Part shown: in pieces, positions 11,325 to 24,339 of the stretch
How the letters are laid out: each line of letters opens with the position of its first letter
How positions within the stretch are numbered: position 1 is the first letter of the stretch
Assembly: GCF_001194135.2 (NCBI RefSeq)
Contig: NC_068982.1
Location: forward strand, 18,897,368 to 18,958,399
Length of the DNA stretch: 61,032 nucleotides
Reading direction: 5' to 3'
DNA from: Octopus bimaculoides
Taxonomy: Eukaryota
Notes under the pieces: generated by a model
Told to the model about the DNA's origin: nothing
Seen by the model: only the letters and a program-made list of their open reading frames with translations
The model's database searches: none
Translations under genes and position numbers: made by a program

Positions 11325-12801
11325 GATAGATAGATAGATACATACACATACCTGCATGAGTGAATGATTGTGTATGTGCTTACATACAAGTATATGTATA
11401 TCGGTTCTGCACTAAAACGAGATAGCATATAAAAAAACATAAACGAAAACAAATCTGCAGAGCATTTAAAGATATTTTAATGATTTTTTCCCATACTATG
11501 ATGAACACGGTAATCAATATTGAACAGCACAAAGGAAATATCATGCTGCGTCTTGTGGTAAACAAAAACAAAAAATCTGTATTTTATGGTCTTTTTCGAT
11601 TCTGTGTATTGGCAGATGCTTTTCGTAAGATATTTCATTAGTCGATTTTTTAACCACTGTCTACCGACTTTCAAATATATTTAAAAAAGAAGAGAAACAC
11701 TTATTGATCCTGAAGCGTACAACCTTTTTTGTTCGGTAATAATCAATTGGAATCTTTCCCTCCATGCTTTGAGTAGCCTTCCGCCTTAGACACGACAAAT
11801 GAAATATCTTGATTATGTATTAATACTGTTATCATTGTTTACATACATAAATGAATACTGGTGTGCGTGCTTGTTTGTGGTTGTGTATGATGTGTAAGTG
11901 CGCGTATGTCTGTGTGTGCGTGTAATGGCCCTAAATATAAATAAAGTATTGTGGCCCCCGTGTAAAATGTCTTGTACATATTATTTTAACTAAAATACAA
12001 AGTTTGTTTGTAAATATAGGTTAAATGTATTCATGCATATTAATGGAAAACATAAATATATGAATAAAATAGTCCGATTTGATAGGAGAGAACACAGAAA
12101 AATGTTAACAATGCATTTCGTTTATGTTTCTGGTTTCCTTTAATTTCTACTGCACATAATTGTAGCTATTTTCTAGCTTATTAATGGGTCTAACGTTTCC
12201 TAGAAAAATGAGTGTAGCACACTGAAAAATGAAATACATCATGATGGAAAATCTTAAAATATGAATTAATGTATTTTTTCAAAAATACACTTGGCATTCT
12301 ACACACGTTCTCACGCATACATATATTTATTCATGCGCATATATATATACACACATATTCATATCAATTTATATATTCTGTACCTTGTGAATATCTCCAC
12401 GGAGTAAAGCAGGGAGTCGTCCAATGCAAGCAGATGCAATCACATACAAACATGTATATTATCATATGTTCTTGAGGAAGAAGTTTACATATAGCGTAAG
12501 ATTTATATTCTGTTATTTGCAAGTTCGACGACCTCGTGGTTACTTTGATTGCAGCCATAATTTTGACAATGAATATTTCTCATTCAATCTGGGATCAAGA
12601 CGTTATCCTATACCGTAAGAGCATGCTGTACATCAATAAGTAGAGTGTGAAATGCTCAAGACATAGGCATAAGCATAGTGTGCGTTATACTATAAGTTTT
12701 CTGTGTATCCTTGTACATATTACTTTTGATTTAGATAATAATTACAATATTGCTATGGAATATTAGAAAATATAATCGTTATCATTATTTGCATATTTTA
12801 A

Positions 12802-13015
12802 GGCGGCGAACTAGCAGAATCGTCTCTACGCAGGATGAAATGCTAAGCGTTATTTCGTCTGCCGTTACGTTCAGATTTCAAATTCCACCGAGGTTCAATT
12901 TGCTTTTCATCCTATTCGGGTAGATGAAATAAGTAACATTTACGCACTGGGGTCGTTGTAATCAACTAGCTCCCTTCCCCAATATTTTCAAGGCCTTGTG
13001 ACAGGAGTAGAAATA
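12802..13015 (+). mobile_element. SINE family A copy (tail type ii)
   Basis: Homologous to 5225-5455 over head and body; tail ctagctcccttcccc..aggccttgtgacaggagtagaaa. Confidence 0.9.
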
Positions 13016-13033
13016 ATTATTTGTAAATTTTAA

Positions 13034-13245
13034 GGCAGCGCGCTAGCTGAGTCTTTAGCTCGCCAGACAAAATACTTAGCAATATTTCGTCTGCCTTCAC
13101 GGTCTGGTTTCAAATTCCCCCGAGGTCGACTTTGCCTTTCATCCATTCGGGGTCGATAAAATAAGTACCAGTGAAGCACTAGGGTCGATGCAATTGACTA
13201 CTGCCCTCCCCGCAAATTTCTGGCATCATAGCTTTAGTAGAAAGG
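13034..13245 (+). mobile_element. SINE family A copy (tail type ii), tandem with the previous copy
   Basis: Same head, body and tail; separated from the first copy by an 18-bp TSD-like motif. Confidence 0.9.
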
Positions 13246-13890
13246 GTTATTTGTAAATTTAGTTCTGTATATTCCATCTATTTTGTGCTGATTTTGAATT
13301 AGTGCTATAATCTCTGGATCAAAGTCATTCTTGATCCAAGCATTCCTTGTTTTCAAAGACAAACTATATCTAAGATCTCATTAACTATCACGGCATATTT
13401 TTATAAGCTGGATTTTTTGCTTTTTTTTGTATTTCTATCGCGATCAATAGCGATATTGTATAAATATTTTTACGTACACATGAACATATTAATGTGAAAC
13501 CACTATTGTATAATGTCACTGTAATCCTAAAGCCTTGCAGTATTAATAACATTGACCCCAATCAGTCTACTTCAGTATTATTAATACAATATTATGAATT
13601 AAATGGGAATGCGAAATTCTCAGTTGCGAAAAATGAATAGTTTTACTACTAAAATATTTTCAACAAGAAGCTTATTTATGAAAGTGACGTATCAGTTTAC
13701 ACCATGTGTATGTATTTTTACATTTATGCATCATCCTACGTACCTATGTCTCAAAGATTATAATGCTCTTGCTGCTGTTGTTTATCCCATGATTACATCA
13801 ACGTTTCATCTGTTCAAAAAGCGCTCCTGCTTTTCAATATGATATATTTAGTATTACATTTTCCGGTATCGGCATTATGTCTCACACACA

Positions 13891-13927
<37 letters not shown>

Positions 13928-14427
13928 ACACACNNNNNNNNNNNNNNNNNNNNNNNNNNNNNNNNNNNNNNNNNNNNNNNNNNNNNNNNNNNNNNNNNNN
14001 NNNNNNNNNNNNNNNNNNNNNNNNNNNNNNNNNNNNNNNNNNNNNNNNNNNNNNNNNNNNNNNNNNNNNNNNNNNNNNNNNNNNNNNNNNNNNNNNNNNN
14101 NNNNNNNNNNNNNNNNNNNNNNNNNNNNNNNNNNNNNNNNNNNNNNNNNNNNNNNNNNNNNNNNNNNNNNNNNNNNNNNNNNNNNNNNNNNNNNNNNNNN
14201 NNNNNNNNNNNNNNNNNNNNNNNNNNNNNNNNNNNNNNNNNNNNNNNNNNNNNNNNNNNNNNNNNNNNNNNNNNNNNNNNNNNNNNNNNNNNNNNNNNNN
14301 NNNNNNNNNNNNNNNNNNNNNNNNNNNNNNNNNNNNNNNNNNNNNNNNNNNNNNNNNNNNNNNNNNNNNNNNNNNNNNNNNNNNNNNNNNNNNNATATAC
14401 TTATACATACATATATAAATTATATAT

Positions 14428-14474
<47 letters not shown>

Positions 14475-14508
14475 CGTGTGTGTGTGTGTGTGTGTGTATT
14501 TGTATATT

Positions 14509-14556
<48 letters not shown>

Positions 14557-15527
14557 GAAACCGTGCTGTATATACATTCTTTCATATCACGCTTGTATAT
14601 TTTAAATATGTTTTGAACACTGTTGTATCTTAATTGTTAATGTATTGTATCACTGAGCGAGAAATGCATTATATTTAAGATAATCACAACAATTTTGATT
14701 TTATTAAAAAGCAGTATTATATAACTTATATGATGCTGTTAGATAAAATAAGTATGAGAACAGAATTTCGAAACATTCAACGTTAGTAGTTGACGCAGTT
14801 AGTACATGGAAGCAACAGTATTCATGAAACGTGGGCGTAATCCATTGATCCGAATGCTTTGCATTTATTGATTACATAGCTAAATTTTCGTAAGCGACGC
14901 GTTCTTTGAAGTAGCTAGAATGCAATTTATTTCATAAGCTATTCCTGATATCATGACAGGTGAACGAGTCTATTTAGATTTGTAGCAGATTGAAAAGGCT
15001 TTTTGCAAGGAGTAAGCCTAAAGTCGCTAGAGTTAGCAGATTTAGACATGCAATTCTACAAATCTAAAAGAATTGAGTGGAGAATCGAAATTCCTATTCA
15101 TCGAATCAATTCAAAAGCACGTTATTCTTTAGGTTATATAAGCATTTGTTTAAGGCGTAATATGTATGTGGAGGATTTTCTGTGTTAAAGATAAAATGAA
15201 TTCGTATTGATTGTTCCTTTAAAAAATACGCACAAAATCTCTGGTAAAATGTCGAGTTAATAACTTTAAACAATATAAAAGGCAATGACATAGAAAGCTA
15301 ATTAGAAAATATTAGCAACTAATGTGTCTAACAAACAAAAGAACAGGGATGTAAAGTATGTGTGTGAGTCTGTGTGTATGAGTATGTTTAGATAGGCATA
15401 CAAATAGATGGAAAAGATATATCGATCGATGGATATATAGGCAGGTACAGAGATAGGCTGACACACAGACAGACAGATAGATAGATAGATAGATAGATAG
15501 ATATCGATAGATAGACCGATAGATAGA

Positions 15528-15740
15528 TAATGTTGAGGTCATTTGTGCAATGCTGGTGGTATATTGTCCACATCGTGCAAATGTTTATATCGCTCACGGC
15601 ACGCTGGAGAGAATAGAATTTGAAGGCCTTAAGGAGATCTCAATAATTGAAATCAGCCATACACTTAATTCTTTTAGTGAATGATCTCTGGAGTGATTCA
15701 ATTTTTGACGTTTTGTTTTATATGGGGAGCCCACAAGACG
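15528..15740 (-). mobile_element. Internal fragment of CR1-like family 1 flanked by (GATA)n
   Basis: Nucleotide homology to about 9794-10008 (taatgttgaggtcatttgtgcaatgctggtgg...tggggag.ccaca.gacg). Confidence 0.9.
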
Positions 15741-15911
15741 AGATGCAGTAGATAAATAGATAGATAGATGGGTAGCTAGACAGACATATATACAGAAGGG
15801 TAAACTGATAGATTAAAAGATGGACATTCATTTTTCCTATATATCAATAAATAAAAACTTCATAGATAACAAAGTTTACAAGTTTTGAGTTATTTTAGCC
15901 AAGCCACTTAC

Positions 15912-16036
15912 CCGTGTAATAATTTTTCGCGTATTAATTGCTTTAAACACGTCAGGTATGAAATGGTCAAGAAATATACTAAAAGTCATGGCTAAATTGG
16001 GCCTTAAAATCACGCACCAAAATTGTATGAATTCCC
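15912..16036 (-). CDS. Candidate coding exon of an unidentified host gene (phase 1 to 0): (G)EFIQFWCVILRPNLAMTFSIFLDHFIPDVFKAINTRKIITR
   Basis: Acceptor aaattttattttacacag|, donor CACGG|GTAAGT, 125 nt. The only open frame is phase-compatible with the exon 66 bp upstream. Confidence 0.6.
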
Positions 16037-16102
16037 CTGTGTAAAATAAAATTTGCAAATATAAATGAGTAACAAAGATTTACTCATTTATATTTTACTC
16101 AC

Positions 16103-16161
16103 CTACCCTGGTATCTGCACTTGGGAAATATTTGGAAAGTATCTTTATATAAGGTACATGT
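16103..16161 (-). CDS. Candidate coding exon of an unidentified host gene (phase 2 to 1): HVPYIKILSKYFPSADTRV(G)
   Basis: Acceptor ccgctcttctttattcag|, donor GGTAG|GTGAGT, 59 nt. A 66-bp GT-AG intron (16037-16102) joins it in frame to the next exon. Confidence 0.6.
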
Positions 16162-16299
16162 CTGAATAAAGAAGAGCGGATTTATTCGCTATGTTGGATC
16201 GTGCCATCTGCATACACCGCGGGTATATCGGGTGGAAAACGTATACGTAGAGTCTTGAAAGTCACGTAATATTGTCACAGTGCGCAAATTAGTCCGTCC

Positions 16300-17896
16300 T
16301 AACAAAGAAGTAAGAAGAACCTGGGCAGTCCAAAATTCAAAAAGAAACCCAAAAGCCTTCACACGTTGGCAAATGATTCTGCCTCAGTACACTATAAGAT
16401 AGAGCCACTATTTGGTAGAAACGGCTCAATAACTGCAGACATGGGGAAGATAAATGAAGCACTAAATAAACAATTCCGCAGATGCTAAAAACTACAGGCC
16501 CATCTCTCTGACCTCACATGTTAGCAAAACAATGGAACGCATTGTCAGAACAAAGCTGATCATGTTCCTATAAGAAGACACCCCTCTCACAAACACGCAA
16601 CATGGCTTCCATCCAGGGAGGGGCTGCCTCATCAAGCTGCTCAGCACTGTAACTGGGTACTGAACAACAGGTAAACCAGTGAGCTGTAGACATGATATAC
16701 TTGGATTTTGCCAAGGCTTTCGACAAAGCTGATCATGGTATGATATGTCACAAGATGCGAGACCTTAATATTATTGGGAAACTGGGAGAGTGGCTGTATG
16801 ATCTTCTGAAGGGCAGTAGTCAGATAGTTGTAGCCAATGGTGCTCAATCTGAAGGGACACCAGGTCTCAGCGGAGTCCCACAGAGGACTGTACTGCGGCC
16901 AATATTATTTGTGGTGACCCTCTAAGACATGCTCTCTGCGGTCGGTACAGTCAGCCAATCTGACCAGTTAAGCTGATGACACAAAATTATTGCAGGCAGA
17001 TAGGATCACAGAGGACATCATAAAACTGAAAAAAGTTCTAAATGAAATATACGAATGGGCTAACAAAAATAACATGCAGTTCAATATTATGAAATGTCAG
17101 ACACTCCACTATCGGTCTAACACCAGGCTAAAATCGGAATATACTGGTCCAGAAGGTAATACGGTTCCAGAATCAGACTCAGTGCATGACCTTGGAGTTC
17201 ACATGAGTAATGGTGCAATGTTCCATGTGCATATTACCAAGATTGCAACGCTGTGTAGGCGAGTGGCTGGCTGGATTCTGAGGACATTCAGAACCAGGAA
17301 AAGGGAGGCCCTGCTACTCCTATGGAGAACTTTCGTTCCCAGCCGCTTGGACTACTGCTCCTAACAATGATTTCACAGAGTGTGTGAAACAAACTGTGGA
17401 ACTGGAAGCAATCCAGCGCCAATACACAAAGATGCAAAAGATGGGCTAAAGGAGCTGAGTCTCTATTCCCCGGAGAGAAGACGGGAGAGATATGCAGTGA
17501 TATATATATTTGGAAGATCTTGGTGGAGGGGTTAGCTCCCAGTTTTGGAATTTGACAGTTATAGCAATCCTCGAACTGGACGGCACTATATTATACCATG
17601 ATACCGTCTTCCCCATCTAACGTAAGGACACATTACTGCAATAGTCAGGATTTCAACGGCCCACACTTATTCAACATCCTGCCAGGCAGCCTTAGAGATG
17701 TACATAATGTTGATGTGGAAGTTTTCCAGGAACATCTGGGCAGGTTTCTATCTGAGATACAAGATGAACCAACATCACGACAGGAGACGCAAAGAAGAGC
17801 AGCTCCGTCCAGCTCGCTACTTCACCCAAAACAATACCGTAAACAACACCAGCATGATCTCAGCCCTGGGCTGAAGCCAGTAAAAGATAAAAGATA
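16300..17896 (+). mobile_element. CR1-like LINE, family 2; 5'-truncated and internally deleted, 3' end retained
   Basis: NYRPISLTSHVSKTMERI, QHGFHPGR, MIYLDFAKAFDKADHG, SGVPQRTVLRP, ADDTKL, VHDLGVHMS, WILRTFRTR, GPHLFNILP. Ends in a stem-loop plus (TAAAAGA)2. Deletion near 16487. Confidence 0.95.
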
Positions 17897-18674
17897 TAAA
17901 GGAAATAGTGGCACAGCAAGGTACCAATTTTGCTGGAAATAGCAGTCGATAACCGTACAATTAAATGTAAAGCTTTACTGAATGTATACATATATATATA
18001 TATATATNNNNNNNNNNNNNNNNNNNNNNNNNNNNNNNNNNNNNNNNNNNNNNNNNNNNNNNNNNNNNNNNNNNNNNNNNNNNNNNNNNNNNNNNNNNNN
18101 NNNNNNNNNNNNNNNNNNNNNNNNNNNNNNNNNNNNNNNNNNNNNNNNNNNNNNNNNNNNNNNNNNNNNNNNNNNNNNNNNNNNNNNNNNNNNNNNNNNN
18201 NNNNNNNNNNNNNNNNNNNNNNNNNNNNNNNNNNNNNNNNNNNNNNNNNNNNNNNNNNNNNNNNNNNNNNNNNNNNNNNNNNNNNNNNNNNNNNNNNNNN
18301 NNNNNNNNNNNNNNNNNNNNNNNNNNNNNNNNNNNNNNNNNNNNNNNNNNNNNNNNNNNNNNNNNNNNNNNNNNNNNNNNNNNNNNNNNNNNNNNNNNNN
18401 NNNNNNNNNNNNNNNNNNNNNNNNNNNNNNNNNNNNNNNNNNNNNNNNNNNNNNNNNNNNNNNNNNNNNNNNNNNNNNNNNNNNNNNNNNNNNNNNNNNN
18501 NNNNNNNNNNNNNNNNNNNNNNNNNNNNNNNNNNNNNNNNNNNNNNNNNNNNNNNNNNNNNNNNNNNNNNNNNNNNNNNNNNNNNNNNNNNNNNNNNNNN
18601 NNNNNNNNNNNNNNNNNNNNNNNNNNNNNNNNNNNNNNNNNNNNNNNNNNNNNNNNNNNNNNNNATATATATAC

Positions 18675-18719
<45 letters not shown>

Positions 18720-20163
18720 TATGCAGACGTATATATATACAAGTGCATATTATATATATGTTTACGTGCGTGTGTATTTATGTATATATATGAATGTGTG
18801 TGCGTGAGAATATTTGCGTGTTATTGCCTATATGTATATATGTATTTTCAAATGTAAAGCTATATACCTGGTTACTGGAGTGTATATCTACATGAATTTT
18901 TACATCTAATTCTTTAGTTTTGCATTTATTTTCTAAACGTCATGTAAGAGATTAATTTACAATTTCGTCATATTTCATCTTTGTTTAGTTATTCTAGTAT
19001 AAATAAATTAGTCGTTTTTGATGTTAAGAGATTCGCCAGTATTATCGTTCTTAACAACTGTACTAATAAAATATTTACATTAGTTGAAATGTTGACTGTG
19101 TATATAATACCTACATTTTATTTTTTAGGATTTTTAATAATTTAAAAATTATTTGGAATAATGTTGCACACATTTAACTGATTATTATCTAAGGTTAATC
19201 TCCATTGAAACGTACTTAACATTACTCACTCTAGTTTCTCTGGTTACATTATTCGCTCTAGTTTCTCGTTCTTATTGAACTTTGCAAGAATCTGTATGCA
19301 CAGTCTATGTGCCTACATCACGTGACCGTATGCATACTAACATGAAAACATTTTCTGATACCTATCAATAAAAAATATATGTGTATGTGAGCGTCTAAAT
19401 ATATATAAGTATAAATGCATTTTACCTCTAACCAGAAAATGTTAGAGGGTCCCTCAAGGGCCGAGAATTTCGTACTATGGATGAAAGTCTTGGTTCTAGA
19501 CTAACACTCTAATTTCTGGTAACTGTGAATAAAAATGAAAATATACGCTCTTGTATTAAAATGTATAATTCCCCTCGCCTCTCAAAATCTATATACATAT
19601 ATAAATATATNNNNNNNNNNNNNNNNNNNNNNNNNNNNNNNNNNNNNNNNNNNNNNNNNNNNNNNNNNNNNNNNNNNNNNNNNNNNNNNNNNNNNNNNNN
19701 NNNNNNNNNNNNNNNNNNNNNNNNNNNNNNNNNNNNNNNNNNNNNNNNNNNNNNNNNNNNNNNNNNNNNNNNNNNNNNNNNNNNNNNNNNNNNNNNNNNN
19801 NNNNNNNNNNNNNNNNNNNNNNNNNNNNNNNNNNNNNNNNNNNNNNNNNNNNNNNNNNNNNNNNNNNNNNNNNNNNNNNNNNNNNNNNNNNNNNNNNNNN
19901 NNNNNNNNNNNNNNNNNNNNNNNNNNNNNNNNNNNNNNNNNNNNNNNNNNNNNNNNNNNNNNNNNNNNNNNNNNNNNNNNNNNNNNNNNNNNNNNNNNNN
20001 NNNNNNNNNNNNNNNNNNNNNNNNAAAAATTAAGGAATCAATATTGTCAAAGCAAACTATTGCTATATTTCGGGTCCGAGTGCTGGAATGCAATGGTAAA
20101 GGAAACACAATTATGACACTAACACATTTATTCGATATGACCAACTCTGTTCCGAATCACAGC

Positions 20164-20258
20164 TTCATCATCAACATCATTATCATCACCATCATCGTCA
20201 TTATCAGAAGAAGAAGAAGAAGAAGAAGAAGAAGAAGAAGAAGAACAAGAACAAGAAT
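20164..20258. repeat. Compound (CAT)n-like / (AGA)n microsatellite
   Basis: Seen directly. Confidence 0.9.
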
Positions 20259-20713
20259 GCGTGAGTGAGTGGTATGGCAGTATTAGGATGCTAAATGGTC
20301 AAGTGCCCTGAAAGTGATTTGTGAATGGTAGTAGTGATTGAATTCCTGAGGTATATTTTTTGAATATATTGTTTTTAATATTTGCGTGGGCGTTATTCTA
20401 AGCAGCAGTATTAGTAATGTGGCTGTCCTTCCTTAAAAGGAACACCAACAGCAACTTCGTCCCTTTCAAGACAGCTACATTATATATATATATATATATA
20501 TATATNNNNNNNNNNAAAAAAAAATCTATATATGTACAGCGACATAGGTTTCCGAGGAAACATTGATAAATTTCATAAGAGATGCAAGGTCATTGCACAT
20601 TGACATCCAGAGCTGATTCATAGCAATCCAGGCCATAAATATAGAGATCAAAACAGTCATCCTCATGAATATAGGAGGTGATCGTCTATACCACAGTAAA
20701 CCTCCCCGCCTTT

Positions 20714-20733
20714 CCTCCACCTCCTCCTCCTCT

Positions 20734-20792
<59 letters not shown>

Positions 20793-20793
20793 C
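20714..20793. repeat. Compound (CCT)/(ACT)n/(GCT)n microsatellite
   Basis: Seen directly. Confidence 0.92.
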
Positions 20794-21257
20794 CACCGCC
20801 ATTACTGACTCCAATGTTTCCGGTACATTCACAACCCCCACCCCACACGCACTCGCGCACACACACACACGCCCTTCTCCCCACACATATATACATGTGG
20901 GTGTGTATGCCTCTCTGCGTCGGAGTGGCGAAGGGGGATCAATTATTTTGTAGAGGTTGCACTGTAACATTTGATGAAGAATTCCACTGGTTACTTAATT
21001 AGAGAAGAGATTCTTTATGCCAGCAAATATGAATTAAAATTAAATAAACTAATAATATTCAAGTGATTTTAATTACTTCTTTTTTCTCTTTGTTCAATAA
21101 AACCATGATTTCATCTCAACACTAACGTATTTCTCTCTCATTCAGATGCTTTCAAACTTTACTGTTTCTCGAGATATATTTATATTAAAAGTGTACCACA
21201 CATTGAAATGAAATCGAATCCAATTCTATTTGTATTCTACATATATAATATACTGTT

Positions 21258-21580
21258 GGGCGGAATGGCCCAGTGGAAGGATCGTGGTTTCGATTCCCAG
21301 ACCGGACGTTGTGAGTATTTATTGAGCAAAAACACATGAGGCTCCGGCAGGGGATGCTGGTGTCCTGCTGTACACTTTCACCACAACTTTCTCTCATATT
21401 TTCTTCTTGTTTCTGTTGTACTTGTATTTTCAAAGGGCCAGCCTTCTCACTCTGTGTGTCACGCTGAATCTCCCCGAGAACTACGTTAAGTGTACACGTG
21501 CCTTTGGAGTGCTCAGCCGTTAATATCACGAGCAGGCTGTTCCGTTGATCGGTTCAACTAGAAACCTTGTCGTCGTAACT
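21258..21580 (+). mobile_element. tRNA-derived SINE family C copy (internally deleted head)
   Basis: A box tggcccagtgg and B box ggtttcgattccc; homologous to the reverse complement of 31893-32278. Confidence 0.88.
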
Positions 21581-21706
21581 TAGTCTTTTTTATTTTAATC
21601 TTAAATTGGTATAGAGTTGCCGAAGTTGAAAAAAAATAAATAAATAAAAGCGTAGCGTTGTGAGTGTTTACACTTAGTCAGCTTTTAATTTCATCTCTCC
21701 GATTAA

Positions 21707-21902
21707 GGCGGCGAGATAGCAGAAACATTAGCATGCTGGGCGAAATGCTAAGCTTACGTTCTGACTTCAAATTCCGTCGAGGTCGACTTTGGTTTCATCC
21801 TTTCGTGGGTTGATAAATTAAGTACCAGTTGCGTACTGGAATCAATCTAATCGACTGGGCCCTCCTACTGAAATTTTAGGCATTGTGCCTAGAGTAGAAA
21901 AG
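21707..21902 (+). mobile_element. SINE family A copy (tail ii) with ~20-bp TSD
   Basis: TSD aatttcatctctccgattaa (21687-21706) versus aatttcatctttccgataaa (21903-21922). Confidence 0.92.
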
Positions 21903-23319
21903 AATTTCATCTTTCCGATAAAATGTGTAACTAGTTAAGTATAAGTATCAATAGAATTCATAAATTCTTTATTCAAACAGCATGTAACCCAGACTAATAT
22001 TTCAGGCACGATCGAACATATTTCAGAGTGCATGGTGTGAACGATGCCAGTTCCAACATTCTCATGTCCGCCTGAATTATATGTCTTGTCACAGGAAATA
22101 ATATTTTATCTGTTTCACACAACTGATTTTCAACATGAAATCTCTGCCTGCAGCCGAATCGTTGTGATCAATATATAGACCGAATTACAACGCATCTCTT
22201 AATCAACGGCATTTCAGAAAGATTTATCAGTATTATCCAATTCAAGGGTGGGAAATGAGTGCCTGCAATGTTTATTGGACTATAACGACGTAAATCATGA
22301 GATGATATTGGAAATAATGGACACGTTTTGTACTAAAATCTATAATATATATTACATAAAAAGTAAATTGTGCAGCAAAGTATAAAGACGTTTTCTTTTC
22401 TTTTTTGTTTTTGATTTGTATTTGATTCTGATGAAGTAAACATCAAACACTCCGTTTTATTTTCTAACACACCAAAGAGCAATTAGTCGAAAATTAGGCT
22501 TCTCTTTCTAGTTGGAGTAAACAGAGAGTGGCCTACTCTTGGTTCAAAATATAGCCGTGGAATAAATCTTGGGAAAATTAGTTACAAGTAGTTAATATTT
22601 GAAACCTAAACTCTTCTCTGCAATAGGAAAAGATCCATAAATTTGCAATGCATATCTTATATTTTCATTATTGTTCAGGACATCTACAATGTTTCGAAAA
22701 CGACTGTAGGGAAAAACATTAAATTCCAGTTCTCACCAACGGAGATGAAAACTTTAGGAATTATAACACTTTAACATTTTTGTGCATACGTATCTCTCAT
22801 GATATCAGCCTGTATCATAAAATTATGAGTGCATGATCATTACCTCACATTATGTCACTCGAATGTCATTAAGTTAGTTAAGGAGTCCTTTGAGTTTTGC
22901 CTATAACAATTCCAATCTCATATTTCATACATAACCGTACTTAAAAATGCATTATATTTTCGTTTATTCAATATTTGTTTCGTTTATTCTTAATGCCTTT
23001 CCTTTCTTGAAGTGCCTTTTATATTTCAAATATATATTTCAACAATATTATGTGTCGTTTAAAATTTGGTAACTCTTGGGCTCGTTCAAGTAATTGTTTA
23101 TTAAACATTGCAGAGAAGTACCAAAGAGCGAAACACCCAATTCAAAGAATTCGTTAAAATACACTTTCATTTTATTCAAGTAAGAAACATCGTAATGCAG
23201 ATGCTACAATTCTTCTTTAAAGGCATCATAATTTTATAATACTAGTGAAGCATATCATATTCTAAAAACTGTATATACTTTCCCATCTGCATACATGCAG
23301 ACACATAGTACTTACCTCT

Positions 23320-23353
<34 letters not shown>

Positions 23354-23487
23354 TTGTGCGCGTGTGAGTTTCTGTCGATGAGTGTGTGTGCGTATGTGTG
23401 TATGCATATATATGCATATATGTATATGTCTGTGTGAGTGAGTGTGATGTGCGTATGTGTGTGTATGTATACGTATATATATATATA

Positions 23488-23521
<34 letters not shown>

Positions 23522-23755
23522 TAAATTATAGGGNNNNNNNNNNNNNNNNNNNNNNNNNNNNNNNNNNNNNNNNNNNNNNNNNNNNNNNNNNNNNNNNNNN
23601 NNNNNNNNNNNNNNNNNNNNNNNNNNNNNNNNNNNNNNNNNNNNNNNNNNNNNNNNNNNNNNNNNNNNNNNNNNNNNNNNNNNNNNNNNNNNNNNNNNNN
23701 NNNNNNNNNNNNNNNNNNNNNNNNNNNNNNNNNNNNNNTATATATATATATATAT

Positions 23756-23965
23756 CTTTTGTTGTAAAGACAAAAGGCCTGAAATTTTCGTGGATGGTAC
23801 TAGTAGATTACATCGACCCCTGTGCTCGGCTGGTACTTAATCTATCGACTCCGAAAGGATCTATGCCAAAGTCGACCTCGGCAGAATTTGAACTCACAAC
23901 GGAAAGACGGACGAAATGCCGCTAAGCATATTCAGGTGTACTGAGGATTCTGTTAGCATGCAGCC
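23756..23965 (-). mobile_element. SINE family A copy (tail ii)
   Basis: Reverse complement matches the family A head, body and tail. Confidence 0.85.
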
Positions 23966-24339
23966 TTAGTAATGGCGAATGAAGAGTGCCAAACGCGTTT
24001 TGCAACCTCCTGTTTTTATAGACACTTGTGTGCTCACACTACGGCACACGCACGCATACGCAAACACACACAAACGCAAACAGGCACACATATATATATT
24101 ATACAATTTAAGCGGTTCAGCCAGAGTCCGAGGCCTGGCTGAGGCTCTGCCTTTCAATGTGATTGAGTTTCTTTTCTGCATTGCTTTGGACGGGGTTGTT
24201 CTTTGTTTCCTGCCGCGTTGTGGATTCATCTTGTATTTCACATAAAAAATTAGTCCAGGCGTTACTCCATACCTTGACGTTACTCCACATCTACATCTTA
24301 CAAATTTCTGAGGCGATTTAGATGTATATTGAATAGTTG

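Noticed and set aside
12524-12615. Plus-strand exon candidate (two open frames)
   Set aside because: Cannot choose a frame, no recognisable homology, and not linked to other exons.
21121-21200. Branch point plus polypyrimidine acceptor (actaac...ttcag)
   Set aside because: No credible donor downstream before the SINE.
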